DNA of 64,000 nucleotides from Malacoraja senta (Eukaryota), in assembly GCA_038087875.1 (NCBI GenBank), contig CM075993.1, positions 5,272,001 through 5,336,000 of the forward strand, in the 5' to 3' direction. Numbering within the stretch: the stretch's first letter is position 1; each line of letters opens with the position of its first letter. The translations under genes and the position numbers were made by a program. Shown in pieces: positions 13,096 to 24,759 of the stretch. The notes under the pieces are model-generated. The model was not told the DNA's origin and searched no databases. It saw only the letters and a list, made by a program, of their open reading frames with translations.

Positions 13096-13280
13096 GTTCA
13101 AGAATGAACTGCAGATGCTGGAAAATCGAAGGTAGACAAAAGTGCTGGAGAAACTCAGCGGGTGAGGCAGCATCTATGGAGCGAAGGAAATAGGCAACGT
13201 TTCGGCCCGAAACGTTGCCTATTTCCTTCGCTCCATAGATGCTGCCTCACCCGCTGAGTTTCTCCAGCATTTTGTCTACT
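13096..13280. mobile_element. PLE-derived foldback insertion
   Basis: Near-perfect palindrome centred at ~13205; direct repeat TTGAAATTAAT at 13085-13095 and 13281-13291. Confidence 0.8.
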
Positions 13281-13578
13281 TTGAAATTAATAGTGGGCAT
13301 AAATGTTTCCAGATGCCGTATCTTAACTAAACTAAACTAAATGCCATAAGGAGCGATTAATTAGTTATTCCCCAGATATTGTGGTAGAAATCCCTTCAAA
13401 TAGAATCTTTACCATCCAACTGAATACGTAAAGGGCCAGTGTTAAATCTCTCAATAAAGGAGAGCATCTTTAATGATCTGTAAGACCCAGACCTGAAATG
13501 TCAACCATCCAAGATAGACACAAAATGCTGGAGTATCTCAGCCGGGACAGGCAGCATCTCTGGAGAGAAGTTTCAAAC

Positions 13579-13967
13579 CAAAGATCCTATAGCGGAGCAA
13601 GATAGACCACTCCTTCTAAACGTGTAGTACGCAACGGAGCGGAACGTGGGCCTTTTTTTCATCCATTTCAACCAGACCCGACCCGACTCGCAGTGTAATC
13701 AACGTTGTGGGGGAACAGTTTGTGTTAATAAATTATGGTTCTGAAAATGAGGAGAAGATTTTTACCAAAGAACTTATATTTTTACGAGGATGTTTCCGTA
13801 ACCGGCTTCCATCTCCGCACTAGTTATCTTTGCTCCGCCACGGGATCTTTGGTGTGGAGACGGAAGCCGGTTACGGAAATGGGGCTGAAAATTACGCATG
13901 AATCTGCCCATGACCGTACTATGTCTTTTTCGTTGAGTGGTCTATCTTGCTCGCTATAGGATCTTTG
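13579..13967. mobile_element. Non-autonomous DNA transposon (MITE) with ~33-bp TIR and probable 8-bp TSD, inserted in a PLE remnant
   Basis: TIR CAAAGATCCTATAGCG(G)AGCAAGATAGACCACTC at both ends; TTTCAAAC / ATTCAAAC flanks. Confidence 0.85.
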
Positions 13968-14204
13968 ATTCAAACTGAGAGTCAGGGGAGATGGAGTCTA
14001 GAGATATGGAAGGGTAAGGTGTGAAAATGACAGATCAAAGCAAATGATGATAAGGCAATGTAGAATGGTTCATTGTTGGCTGAGGGGAAGGTGACAAGCA
14101 TACATACAAACAGTAAAATGAATCAGAAGGACAGTGAAACTAGTCGGAGAACGAGAGTGGGGGAGGGATAGAGAGAGAGGGAAAGCAAGGGTTAATTGAA
14201 GTAA

Positions 14205-14645
14205 ATTTAATTCTGATTAGGAAGGGCATCAAAGGTTATGGGAAGAAGGCAAGAGATAGGGTTGAGGGGTTTGGATAGAGTGGATGTGGTGAGGATGTTT
14301 CCACAAGTGGGAGAGTCTAGGACCAGAGGTCACAGCCTCAGAATAAAAGGACGTCCTTTTAGGAAGGGGATGAGGAGGAATTTCTTCAGACAGAGGGTGG
14401 TGAATCTGTGGAATTCTTTGCCACGGAAGGCTGTGGCCATCAATGAATCTTTTTAAGGCAGAGATAGATTAGTTCTTTATATTAGATTAGATGGACTAAT
14501 CATTCTTGATTAGTACGGGTGTCAGGGGTTATGGGGAGAAGGCAGGAGAATGGGGTAGAGGGGGAGAGATAGATCAGCCATGACTGAATGGCGGAGTAGA
14601 CTTGATGGGCTGAATGGCCTAGTTTCTATGTCATTGTCTATTGTC
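14205..14645 (+). mobile_element. CR1 LINE 3' fragment
   Basis: GESRTRGHSLRIKGRPF...QRVVNLWNSLP. Confidence 0.85.
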
Positions 14646-14727
14646 TTATGTGCTTATTCTTCTTATCGAGTCCACACACAAGATTAGAAGTTGTTCAGCC
14701 AGAGCTGAACACACCTTTCGGCATCTG

Positions 14728-15106
14728 ACAATAGACAATAGATAATAGGTGCAGGAGTAGGCCATTCGGCCCTTCGAGCCAGCACCGCCATTCAATGTGA
14801 TCATGGCTGATCATCCCCAGTCAGTACCCCGTTCCTGCCTTCTCCCTATATCCCCTGACTCCGCTATTTTTAAGAGCCCTATCTAGCTCTCTCTTGAAAG
14901 CATCCACAGAACCCGCCTCCACCGCCCTCTGAGGCAGAGAATTCCACAGACTCACCACTCTCTGGGAGAAAACGTGTTTCCTCGTGTCCGTTCTAAATGG
15001 CTTACTCCTTATTCTTAAACTGTGTGGCCCCTGGTTCTGGACTCCCCCAACATCGGGAACATGTTTCCTGCCTCTAGCGTGTCCAAACCCTTAACAATCT
15101 TATACA
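14728..15106 (-). mobile_element. CR1 LINE 3' end nested in the ribozyme-headed element
   Basis: YKIVKGLDTLEAGNMFPMLGESRTRG; (ATTGTCT)n tail; ATCTG duplicated on both sides. Confidence 0.9.
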
Positions 15107-15152
15107 ATCTGCATACAATGGTGTCTGTCTTGTGCTTTTCGTGCGTGGTGGT

Positions 15153-15205
15153 GGAAAGATTGGCGGAAACAGGGCCGCGACGTGAACGCTCTTTCCTTGA
15201 CCCCC
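15153..15205 (-). ncRNA. HDV-family (CPEB3-like) self-cleaving ribozyme, compact P4-less form
   Basis: GGGGGUC AA GGAAAGA GCG UUCACGU CGC GGCCCU GU UUCCG CCAA UCUUUCC: P1, P2 (7 bp), P3, L3 and J4/2 in HDV order. Confidence 0.8.
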
Positions 15206-15339
15206 GTCTTGCCTGCTGAAGCCTCATCCTAGTGCCGACCCAGTGGCAGAGGTCAGGATTGAACCTGGGTCGCTGGAGCTGTGAGGCAAGGGACTGACTG
15301 GCTGCACCATTGCGTTCGCTTGGTGAATTACTATCTAGA

Positions 15340-15540
15340 GGGTCTTTGGTGACCCTCGGACTATCTTTGATCGGGCTTTGCTGGCTTTACCTTGCAGTAA
15401 ACGTTATTCCCCTATCACGTATCTATACACTGCAAACGGCTCGATTGTAATCACGTGTGGCCTTTCCGCTGACTGGATAGCACGCAACAAAAGCTTTTCA
15501 CTGTACCTCGGTGCACGTGACAATAAACAAACTAACTAGC
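15340..15540 (+). mobile_element. Rex1/Babar-type 3' UTR and tail fragment
   Basis: AAAGCTTTTCACTGTACCTCGGTGCACGTGACAATAAAC tail; reverse copy at ~16600-16790. Confidence 0.6.
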
Positions 15541-16182
15541 CTTGAGGAAGGGTAAAACTATCTGCTTGGGATTCTGCAGCCCTTCAACCTTTGATCCTTC
15601 AAGTAAGACCCCATCTTCTGTCTGACGTGAACCTCTGCTTGTTTTCTGTGTTTAATGATTGCGGAGGGCTGATAATCAAATTTTTGTAAGAATGTTCCCT
15701 TGGAGAACAATTTGCTGAGCCTTGTGAAATAACACAGAAAAGTATGTGTATTCTATTGGACCCAGAAGGGAGATTATACGATCGGGAAACGGGAAAATAA
15801 CATTCCACTGCAAAGTAAACAATGATCACAGTCGAATTCCCAGCCGCATCGCTCTGTACATAAGCCTCTGACTGCATGCTATTGAGTTCATTTAAACAAA
15901 AATTCTGCGCATTCTTTCAAGAAGAGAATAATGATCAGATGTTCCCACAGGCCACAGCTCAATTAAAAAATTGCAAATGCTGCTCATTTTTGCAAATCAA
16001 TCCTTGAAGGCAAATGGGAGCCATTACCACTAAACACTGGTACAGTTTTAAACATGGGTGTGACATTGAATCGCCCAGGAAGACTCAGCCGGTCAGGCAG
16101 CATCTGTTGAGGGAAATGGATAGTCCACATTTTTTGGTCCTGACACCTTGTCTAGTCCAAGACCCAATATGAACTATGGATG

Positions 16183-16447
16183 CCGGCTGCCTGCCCCTTT
16201 TCCGGGGTTACGTCCGCGCCCGGGTTAGAAAGGGAACACGCCCTGTCCACGGGCACCCTGGGAGAGTTCCGGGACCGCAGGGTGTTGAATGCATCCTTGA
16301 CAAGGAATGTAAGATAGCTATATAGTAGCTTATTCAGGATATATGTTTGTATTGTATTGTGGTGATGGGTTCTGGTTTGTTTTTATCGTAGTGTAATATT
16401 ATTTTTTTAATAATTGAATAAATGTTTTGTAAAAAAAATTAAAAAAA
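16183..16447 (+). mobile_element. Tx1/L1-clade LINE 3' fragment with poly(A)
   Basis: Frameshifted GCLPLFRGYVRARV..REHALSTGTLGEFRDR, then AATAAA and A-rich tail. Confidence 0.6.
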
Positions 16448-17194
16448 TTAACTATCAAGACCCCAATATGTCTTCCGTCTGTTTCCCTCCGCAGATGCTG
16501 CCTGACCTGCTGAGTGTTTCCAGCATTTTTCTGTTTTTTTAAATTTCAGCTCTCCATCGTCTGCAGTAGTGTTTAGATTTTCTTTCATTTCTTTCATTTC
16601 CAGTTTATTGTCACGTGTACCGAGGAGGTGCAGTGAAAAGCTTTTGTTGCGTGCTAACCAGCCAGCGGAAAGACAACACATGATTACAATCAGGCCATTC
16701 ACAGTGGACAGATACATGATATGGGAATAATGTTTAGTGCAAGGTAAAGCACAGTGAAGGTAGTCCAAGGGTCCCCGATGAGGTAGATAGTTGGTCTGTT
16801 TACTAATTATTCTTATTTCCTCATGACATGGACGAAGGCCATTCTGCCCATCGAGTCCATACCATCTTTCGTAGCATTCCCACTAATCCCATTATCCCAC
16901 TTATTTCTCTGCAACCTATCCCCTCTCATGTACTCACCAACTCCCCTCAATTCTCCCCTACCCATCCATACCAGTTAACCGATCATCTGACCAGTACCAA
17001 TGCCAAAGTAACCATACTTGCCACTTACCTGTGTGCTAAATGAATTATTTTACTTGAGCCCATCTCTCATTGTGAGGTGGTAGTGGCACCGTGGCGCAGC
17101 GGGTAGAGCCGCAGTCTCACAGCCCCAGAGACGTTGGTTCAATCCTGACCTCCGGCACTGTCTGTGTGGAGTTTGCACGTTCTCCCGGGGTGAA

Positions 17195-17550
17195 GGGCTA
17201 GGATAGAGTGGACGTGGAGAGGATGTTTCCACTAGTAGGAGAGTCTAGGACTAGAGGTCATAGCCTCAGATTTAAAGAACGTTCCTTTAGGAAGTAGATG
17301 AGGAGGAATTTCTTTAGTCAGAGGGCGGTGAATCTGTGGAATTCTTTGCCACAGAAGGCTGTGGAGGCCAAGTCAATGGATATATTTAAGGCAGAGATAG
17401 ATAGAATCTTGATTAGTACGGATGTCAGGGGTTCTAGGAGAAGGCAGGAGAATGGGATTAAGAGGAAGAGATAGATCAGCCATGATTGAATGGCGGAGAA
17501 GACGATGGGCCGAATGGCCTAATTCTGCTTCTATCAGATGACCTTATGAC
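17195..17550 (+). mobile_element. CR1 3' end inserted in a V-SINE (SINE halves ~17086-17188 and ~17550-17620)
   Basis: CR1 RT end and 3' UTR between the two halves of the V-domain. Confidence 0.85.
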
Positions 17551-18519
17551 TCCGGTTTCCTTCCTCCTCAAAGAGGTGCAGGTTGGTGGGTTAATTGGTC
17601 ACTGTAAATTGATCCTGTGAGTGGTAGAATTTTTTTTGGGGGGGGGGGGGTGGGGAGTTGATGAGAGGGTGGGAGAGTAAAATGATAACCAAAGATTGTG
17701 CTTCCTCGGTAAAAAATTCTCTCCAGATTTTCCCCGGGAAACTAACTGGGTGAGGTTAAAGGTGATACGTCAGTGCAGGACTTCGTGAATGTGGACAAAT
17801 TTTGTAAAGATCAATTTCAAAAGAATGATTACAAATCACATTACCCGTGCAGATGAATATAAAAGTACTAAAATCCTCAGATATTTAACATTATAAAATT
17901 CTCAAGGACACATATTTATTGGATCTATGCAGTCATTTATTTGCATTTTATGTAGGTTGGTAACATCATGAATATTTAATATTTTCAAGTACAGGTTTTT
18001 CTTTTTGATGTGTTATATTGGTTGCCTTTCAAGATCTCCAGGGAGACAGAATTGTCTGAAACATTGCAAAATGGTGCGGAGGTGGAGGTAATCGGACTTA
18101 ACCCTTACACTGCCAGAGAAGGGGCAGAATCATCTATACATGGACTTGCTCAGGAGTCCCAGCAATTAAAGACAATGTCCTATAATATAAAAGACACTTG
18201 GACAGGTAGCTAGGTAGAAGGGGATTGGAAGGATATGGGCCAAGCACAGGCAAATGGCTGGACCCGCAATGTCACCCATTCCTTCTCTCCAGAGATGCTG
18301 TCTGCCCCGCTGAGTTACTCCAGCTTTTTTGTGTCTATCTTCCTAAATGGAACTAGCTTAGATGGGGCATCTTGGTTGGCATGGATGACTTGAGTCGAAG
18401 GGCCTGTGTGACCCTGCGACTCCATATCCTCTGGATTATCGCACCAGCCAATTCAATCCAATGTTGGGCACTTATAGTTATTTTGATTAATTTTTTTGAT
18501 ACATTTTTTTTTTTTCTCT

Positions 18520-18860
18520 GTGCAGCACGTAAATAGGAAGCACTTACAGTGCCACAGACCCGGGTTCGATCCCAACTACGGGTGCTGTCTGTACGGAGTT
18601 TGTACGTTCTCCCCGTGACCTGCTTGGGTTTTCTCCGAGATCTTCGGTTTCCTCCCACACTCCAAAGACGTACAGGGTTGTAGGTTAATTGGCTTGGTAT
18701 AAATAAATACATAATTTGGTGTAAATGTAAATTGTCCCTAGTCTGTGTCAGATTGTGGTAGTGTGCGGGGAAGCCTGGGAAGTGATTGCTGGTTGGCGCA
18801 GACTCGGTGGGCCGAAGGGCCTGTTTCTGCGCTGTATCTCTAAACTAAACTAAACTAAAC
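18520..18860 (+). mobile_element. V-SINE
   Basis: B box, V-domain, (TAAAC)n tail. Confidence 0.85.
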
Positions 18861-19329
18861 AAAACTCAACGGGTCAGGCGGTATCTGTGGAGGGAAAGGA
18901 CAAAGGGCGTTTCGGGTCGGGACTTTTCTTTAAACCGATGGAATAAGGGAGGGGGTGAAAGCTGGAAAAGATAGTGGTGGAACGAAGCCTGTGAAGTGAT
19001 AGGTGGATACAGTAAAGGAGGGGTGATTAGCAGAAGGGTGGAGGTAGTGAGAAGCCGAGAGGTGAAAAGGGGATAAAAGGGAGTTAGTGATTTGTGTACA
19101 AGCTTTGAACATCAGTGTTTTTATAACCTAGCTTAACAGTCCAATGTAGCACTGTTGGAGGTGATACATTTTATGTCAAATAACAATAATATCCTCAGAG
19201 GGTTCAACAGAGTAGATGAGACGAAAGTCCAGTATTAGAGGTCACAATTATGTAGGACTGAAATTAAGAGAACGTTCTTCAGACAGAGGGTGGTGGACCT
19301 TTGCAATTCTCAGCCTCTGAAGAGGAGAC

Positions 19330-19890
19330 TCGCCGGCCCGCAGCCTACAACATCTTGAAGCCGTGGACTGTGGAGCTTGTAGCTGCGGGCGGGGCGTCCG
19401 GAGCCTGGGATCCCTCGTTGGGGATCCCCGGAGGAGAAGAGCTCCAACCCGCCGGCCCGCGGACTTCAACATCTTGAAGCCGCGGTCGGCGGAGCTTCTA
19501 GCCGCAGGTGTGGCGGGGACTTACTTACCATCGCCGGGGATCCCTAGAGATGAGCTACGACCGCCGGCCCACGGCCTACGTCATCTTGAAGCCGCGGTCT
19601 CCGGTAGGGAAGCACCGATTCGGGACTTACCTTCCAGACGAGAGGGCCTGTACGTCTGGCCGCCCGCAGCGGCGACTGCGGAGGTTTATGTCCCCGACCA
19701 CGGGGGAAAATGGAGGAGGACTGACTGAACTTTGTTGCCTTCCACCACAGTGAAGAATGCTGTGGTGGATGTTTGTGTTAAATTTTTATTGTGTATTGTG
19801 TATTCTTTTTTGATTGTACCGCTGCTGGCAAATTCATTTCACTGCACTTTATTGTGTATGTGATGAATAAATCTGATTGATTGATTGATT
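19330..19890 (+). mobile_element. GC-rich short element with internal ~115-bp tandem units and Rex1-type tail
   Basis: CATCTTGAAGCCG repeated at ~19350, 19470 and 19582; TTTCACTG..GTGA..AATAAA(TGAT)n tail. Confidence 0.55.
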
Positions 19891-20151
19891 GTGTTCAAAG
19901 CAGAGGTCAATAAATCTCGAGCATTAAAGACTCAAGGGAGATGGGTAAGTCATATTCGAGGTAGATCACCTCTGATGTTATTGAGGTGTGAGGGGCTGAT
20001 CTATTGCTGCTGCTGTTTCTTAAGTTTCTATGTACACACTCTGTAAGGATTGTGACGTACCATTGAGAATGAAGAGACTGTTTCAACAATTGCTCCTGAT
20101 CTTTGGTGGCAGTTTGTACAGGCACCTTGCGTTTAACGCACGTTTAATTTA

Positions 20152-21195
20152 AGGGCCTGTCCCACTTTGGCGATTTTTTTAGGCAGCTGTGGCGACAGTC
20201 ACTGTCGGGGCGTGACGCCGGTAAAGGCACCCACCCTACGACAACGTCCATGGCAAGCTACCACCTAGTCAACGTCAAGCTACGTCAACCAGCAACACAA
20301 TTCCTCGCTACTCGGGCCGTCCGCCTACGTCAATAGACAATAGACAATAGGTGCAGGAGTAGGCCATTCGGCCCTTCGAGCCAGCACTGCCATTCAATGT
20401 GATCCTGGCTGATCATCCACAATCAGTACCCCGTTCCTGCCTTCTCCCCATATCCCCTGACTCCGCTATTTTTAAGAGCCCTATCTAGCTCTCTCTTGAA
20501 AGCATCCAGAGAACCTGCCTCCATCGCCCTCTGAGGCAGAGAATTCCACAGACTCGCCACTCTCTGTGAGAAAAAGTGTTTCCTCGTCTCCGTTCTAAAT
20601 GGCTTACTCCTTATTCTTAAACTGTGGCCCCTGGTTCTGGATTCACCCAATATCGGGGACATGTTTCCTGCCTCTAGCCTGTCCAAACCCTTGACAATCT
20701 TATATGTTTCAATGAGATCTCCTCTCATCCTTCTAAACTCCAGAGTGTACAAGCCCAGCACATGTGTACACGTGTACAGAGTGTAAACGACCACAACCTT
20801 CAACCACACAGGCGACAACCTACGACACCCGAAGTCAACCTACACCCACCAGCGACAAGTTATGACCCTGTCGGCGACAAATGAAGACAAATGAAGACTT
20901 CGATTGACTCCGGAACCGTCGCCGGTTGACGTAGGATGACGTAGGTCGTCGCCAATGGAATTCACCGCGGTCATGACCCGGCGACAACCCAACGTCACCT
21001 GGCGACAACCTACGACAGGAGAAGACAGGCAACGTCAGGCAACGTCAAGCCCACTGTCGCCGAGAGGTTTTGAACATTTCAAAATCCAGCTGCGACAAGA
21101 AATAAGTAACGACACTTGAGGAGACCGCTCACCACAATACAGGCGTCACCCCGCGACCATGTGGCCGAAAAAATCGCCCAAGTGGGACAGGCCCT
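20152..21195. mobile_element. PIF/Harbinger-like MITE with nested CR1 (20331-20759)
   Basis: TIR AGGGCCTGTCCCACTT; TTA TSD on both sides; internal CGACAACC repeats. Confidence 0.85.
20331..20759 (-). mobile_element. CR1 LINE 3' end
   Basis: LGLYTLEFRRMRGDLIETYKI...SLWNSLPQRAMEA. Confidence 0.95.
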
Positions 21196-21614
21196 TTATG
21201 CATTTTTTAAATAATACGCTTGCTGGTGACTAATACAAAAACCTAATTCACGTGCTGTAGTTTTGAAGTAATGCACTTTTTGAATTACGCGCTGCTTTCC
21301 AGGAACGTTACCTCTGGATAAAGCATCTAGAAATGTAAAGAGTGATTACTGGATGTGGGATAGTGAATCACTGGAATGGGGATTGATGGCATATCGGAGC
21401 GTTTATAACGTTGTTCACACAGTTCAAGGATATACCTCAGGCACTTTGCCAGAGGCAAAGTGATCATTTGGTGAATATTTATCTCCGTTTCAACTTGAAT
21501 TTCAGCAGACAAACTTCCCTGGATTCAATGCTGAGTATATTCCGCACTCTGTCTCTTTCCCCTTGCTCTATCTATTGTACTTGAATTTGATTGTGTTTGT
21601 GTGTTCTGCATGCA

Positions 21615-22030
21615 AAACATAGAAACATAGAAACATAGAAAATAGGTGCAGGAGTAGGCCATTCGGCCCTTCGAGCCTGCACTGCCATTCAATATGATCA
21701 TGGCTGATCATCCAACTCAGTATCCCGTACCTGCCTTCTCTCCATACCCCCTGATCCCTTTAGCCATAAGGGCCACATCTAACTCCCTCTTAAATATAGC
21801 CAATGAACTGGCCTCAACTACCTTCTGTGGCAGAGAATTCCAGAGATTCACCACTCTCTGTGTAAAAAATGTTTTTCTCATCTTAGTCCTAAAAGATTTC
21901 CCCTTTATCCTTAAACTGTGACCCCTTGTTCTGGACTTCCCCAACATCGGGAACAATCTTCCTGCATCTAGCCTGTCCAACCCCTGAAGAATTTTGTACG
22001 TTTCTATAAGATCCCCCCTCAATCTTCTAA
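21615..22030 (-). mobile_element. CR1 LINE 3' end
   Basis: ORF 21717-22067 resembles the CR1 C-terminus; CR1 tail. Confidence 0.95.
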
Positions 22031-22074
22031 AACAAAGCTTTGCACTGAACCTCAGTGCATGTGACAAATTTTTT

Positions 22075-22384
22075 TTGAGATTAGAGATACAGTGGAAACA
22101 GGCCCTTCAGCCCATCGAGTCACCACCGATCAGCGATCGCCGCACGCTAACACTATCCTACGTTGTCACTATTCTAGGGACAATTTACATTTACACCAAG
22201 CCAATTAACCTATAAATCTGCACGTCTTTGGAATATGGGATGGAACCGGAGATCCCAGAGAAACCCACGCAGGTCACGGGGAGAAGGTACAAACTCCGTA
22301 CAGACAAGCACCCGTGGTCAGGATCGCACCCGGGTATCTGGCGCCGTAAGGCAGCAACTCTACCGCTGCACCACCGTGCCGCCC
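22075..22384 (-). mobile_element. Full-length V-SINE
   Basis: tRNA head, V-domain and tail on minus strand. Confidence 0.85.
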
Positions 22385-23459
22385 TAATAATAATTGCCGA
22401 CAATAATAAACCTAAACCTAAAGGGCAGTTGGTAGAGCTGCTGCCTCACGGCGTCAGACACCCGAGTTTGATCCTGCCCTTTGGTGCTGTCTATGTGGAG
22501 TTTGCACGTTCTCCCTGTGACCGCATGGGTTTCCTCCGGGTGCGTCCCACGTCCCAAAGATATACAATTTTGAAGGTTTATGACACTCTGTAATTTGCCC
22601 CCTACTGTGTGGTGAGGATGTGAAAGTGGGACAACACAGAGCTAATGTGAACGGGTGGTCAATGGTCAGTATGGTTCCGATAACACGCAATGCTCCGAGT
22701 TGCTCAGGCAATTCCAGCACTGACAAAACTCGTATCATCTAAGCAAGATCTGAAGAAGGGCCTCAACCCGAAACGCCACCCGTTCCTTTTCTCCAGAGAT
22801 GCTGCCTGCCCCCGCTGAGTTACACCAGCATTTTGTGTCTATCTTCATCTAAGCAAGCATTGGTACCCACCATGGACAGACACAAAAAGCCGGAGACAGG
22901 CAGCATCTCTGGAGAGAAGGAATGGGTGACATTTCGGGTCGAGACCCTTCTTCAGACTGGTTAGGGATAAGGGAGACGAGAGATATATACAACGGACCTG
23001 TTTCTGAGCTATGGCCCCAAATGCAATGCAGACATCCAACCACGCATTGAAATGTGCGATTGGATATGTGTATTGCATTTTGTACCCACCATCTTTTGTA
23101 CGTGGAGCCAGGATTTTCTGACTCAAAGCTAACCTCTCCGGTTCTTGACCTAATAATCCGATAATGTGAACTAAAAGCCAGACTGTCTTTATTGCCAGTG
23201 GGTTATAAAAGGATTACATGCAAAGGGAACGAGAAGTCTTTTAACTTTTAATAAGTATTTGGCCTCCTACTGGCTCCAATCCAATTGCATGTCCCAAAGT
23301 CCAGTCTCTTGAAAGCCTCAGGAAATACAAATTACAGGATTTTCTTTTTCAGCGCCTCTGATGTAGGCAGAATCAGTGCCCCATCTACATTAAATTGCTT
23401 TGAAATTTTCTTTGAAAAGAGGTGAAGGTTATGCCACTGTACAGTTAGCGGAATGCTGT

Positions 23460-23952
23460 AGACACAAAATGCTGGAGTAACTCAGTGGGTGAGGCAGCAT
23501 CTCTGGAGAGAAAGAATGGGCGACGTTTCGGGTCGAGACCCTTCTTCAGACCGATGTCAGGAGAGGGGGCGGGACAAAGATAGAATGTAGGCAAACAGCA
23601 TCCCTCTTCCCATCAGAACTGCCCTCTCCATCGACTCCTTTAAGTCAAGACTAGAAACATCTGTACTCCCAAGCCTTTCTTGACGTCCTCTGAGCGAGGG
23701 CTATATGTATATATGTTTGTAGTTTGTTTGTTTATACTATTCTTATAACAAATGTAAAGCACTTTGGCCAACGAGAGTTGGTTTTTAAATGTGGTATATA
23801 AATAAATGTGACTTGTCTTGACAGTAAGACTAGTGGGAGAACTGGGAAGGGGAAGGGGATGGATAGAGAAAGCAATGGGCTATATGAAATTAGAGAAGTC
23901 AATGTTCATACCGCTGGGGTGTAAACCAGCATCTGCAGTTCTTTCTTACACC
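23460..23952 (-). mobile_element. PLE remnant with nested L2-clade 3' end (~23600-23820)
   Basis: Hammerhead core at 23519-23552; TAGCGGAATGCTGT / TAGCTGAATGCTGT flanks; L2-type GTAAAGCACTTTGG..ATAAATAAA tail. Confidence 0.7.
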
Positions 23953-24560
23953 TAGCTGAATGCTGTGTTGGGTGATACCGGTTCACAGAAACTCATCTCA
24001 GGCACTGCAAATGTTCAGAGATTATTATTGTCATCTATACTGAGGTTCAGATACAGTGAAAAGCAATGTTTTGCATCCTATCCAAACCAGATCTGATATA
24101 CTATATATAAATACAATCAAGTCAAACTCGAGAGAGAGCAAAGGGGAGGATACAGAATGCAGCATATAGCTCTCATATAGCCGCTGAGGAGTGTTCACCC
24201 GACGCCGGAGTTCCATCTTCCTGGCAAGAGGGCCTGAAAACATCAGACTGGCTGCGGAGGCCACAAATAGGCCCCGACCTCGGGTGATCACAGAGGAAGA
24301 CGACTAAACTTTCTGGTTCCTTTCCCCACAGAGGAAAATTTTGATTCTGTTGCGGGGGGAACGATCATGTTGAATTCTATAATGTGTTGGGCCATTTTAT
24401 CTTTTTTTTAAATTTTCTATGGATGTACGGAAACTTAATTATTTCTTCTATGTAAAGCACTTTGGTTTCAACGCGAGTTGATTTAAACGTGCTATATAAA
24501 TAAAATTTACTTACTTACTAACTTACTTACGAACTCCGCATTAGGTTTAGTTTAGAGATA

Positions 24561-24759
24561 CAGGTGCTCCCCGATGTACGATGCTTCGACTTGCGATATT
24601 TCGACTTTACAATCGGCAAACACTCGGCAACGGCAGCGAGCCGCAGGTCACTTCCGGTCACGTGATAGCGATGTATTAAATGCCTTTTCGACTTGCGATA
24701 TTTTCGGCTTACGATGGGTTTATCGGAATGTAACGCCATCGTAGGTCGAGGAGCAGCTG
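24561..24759. mobile_element. Tigger/pogo-like (Tc1-mariner) MITE
   Basis: TA-CAGGTGCTCCCCGA ... TCGAGGAGCAGCTG-TA; TA TSD. Confidence 0.8.

Larger units (their letters stand above)
14655..15205 (-). mobile_element. Short (AAG)n-tailed retroelement with HDV-like ribozyme head, copy 1 (split by CR1 insertion)
   Basis: Colinear with 33886-34062 once 14728-15106 is removed; imperfect TSD GTCTTATGTGCT / GTCTTGCCTGCT. Confidence 0.8.
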
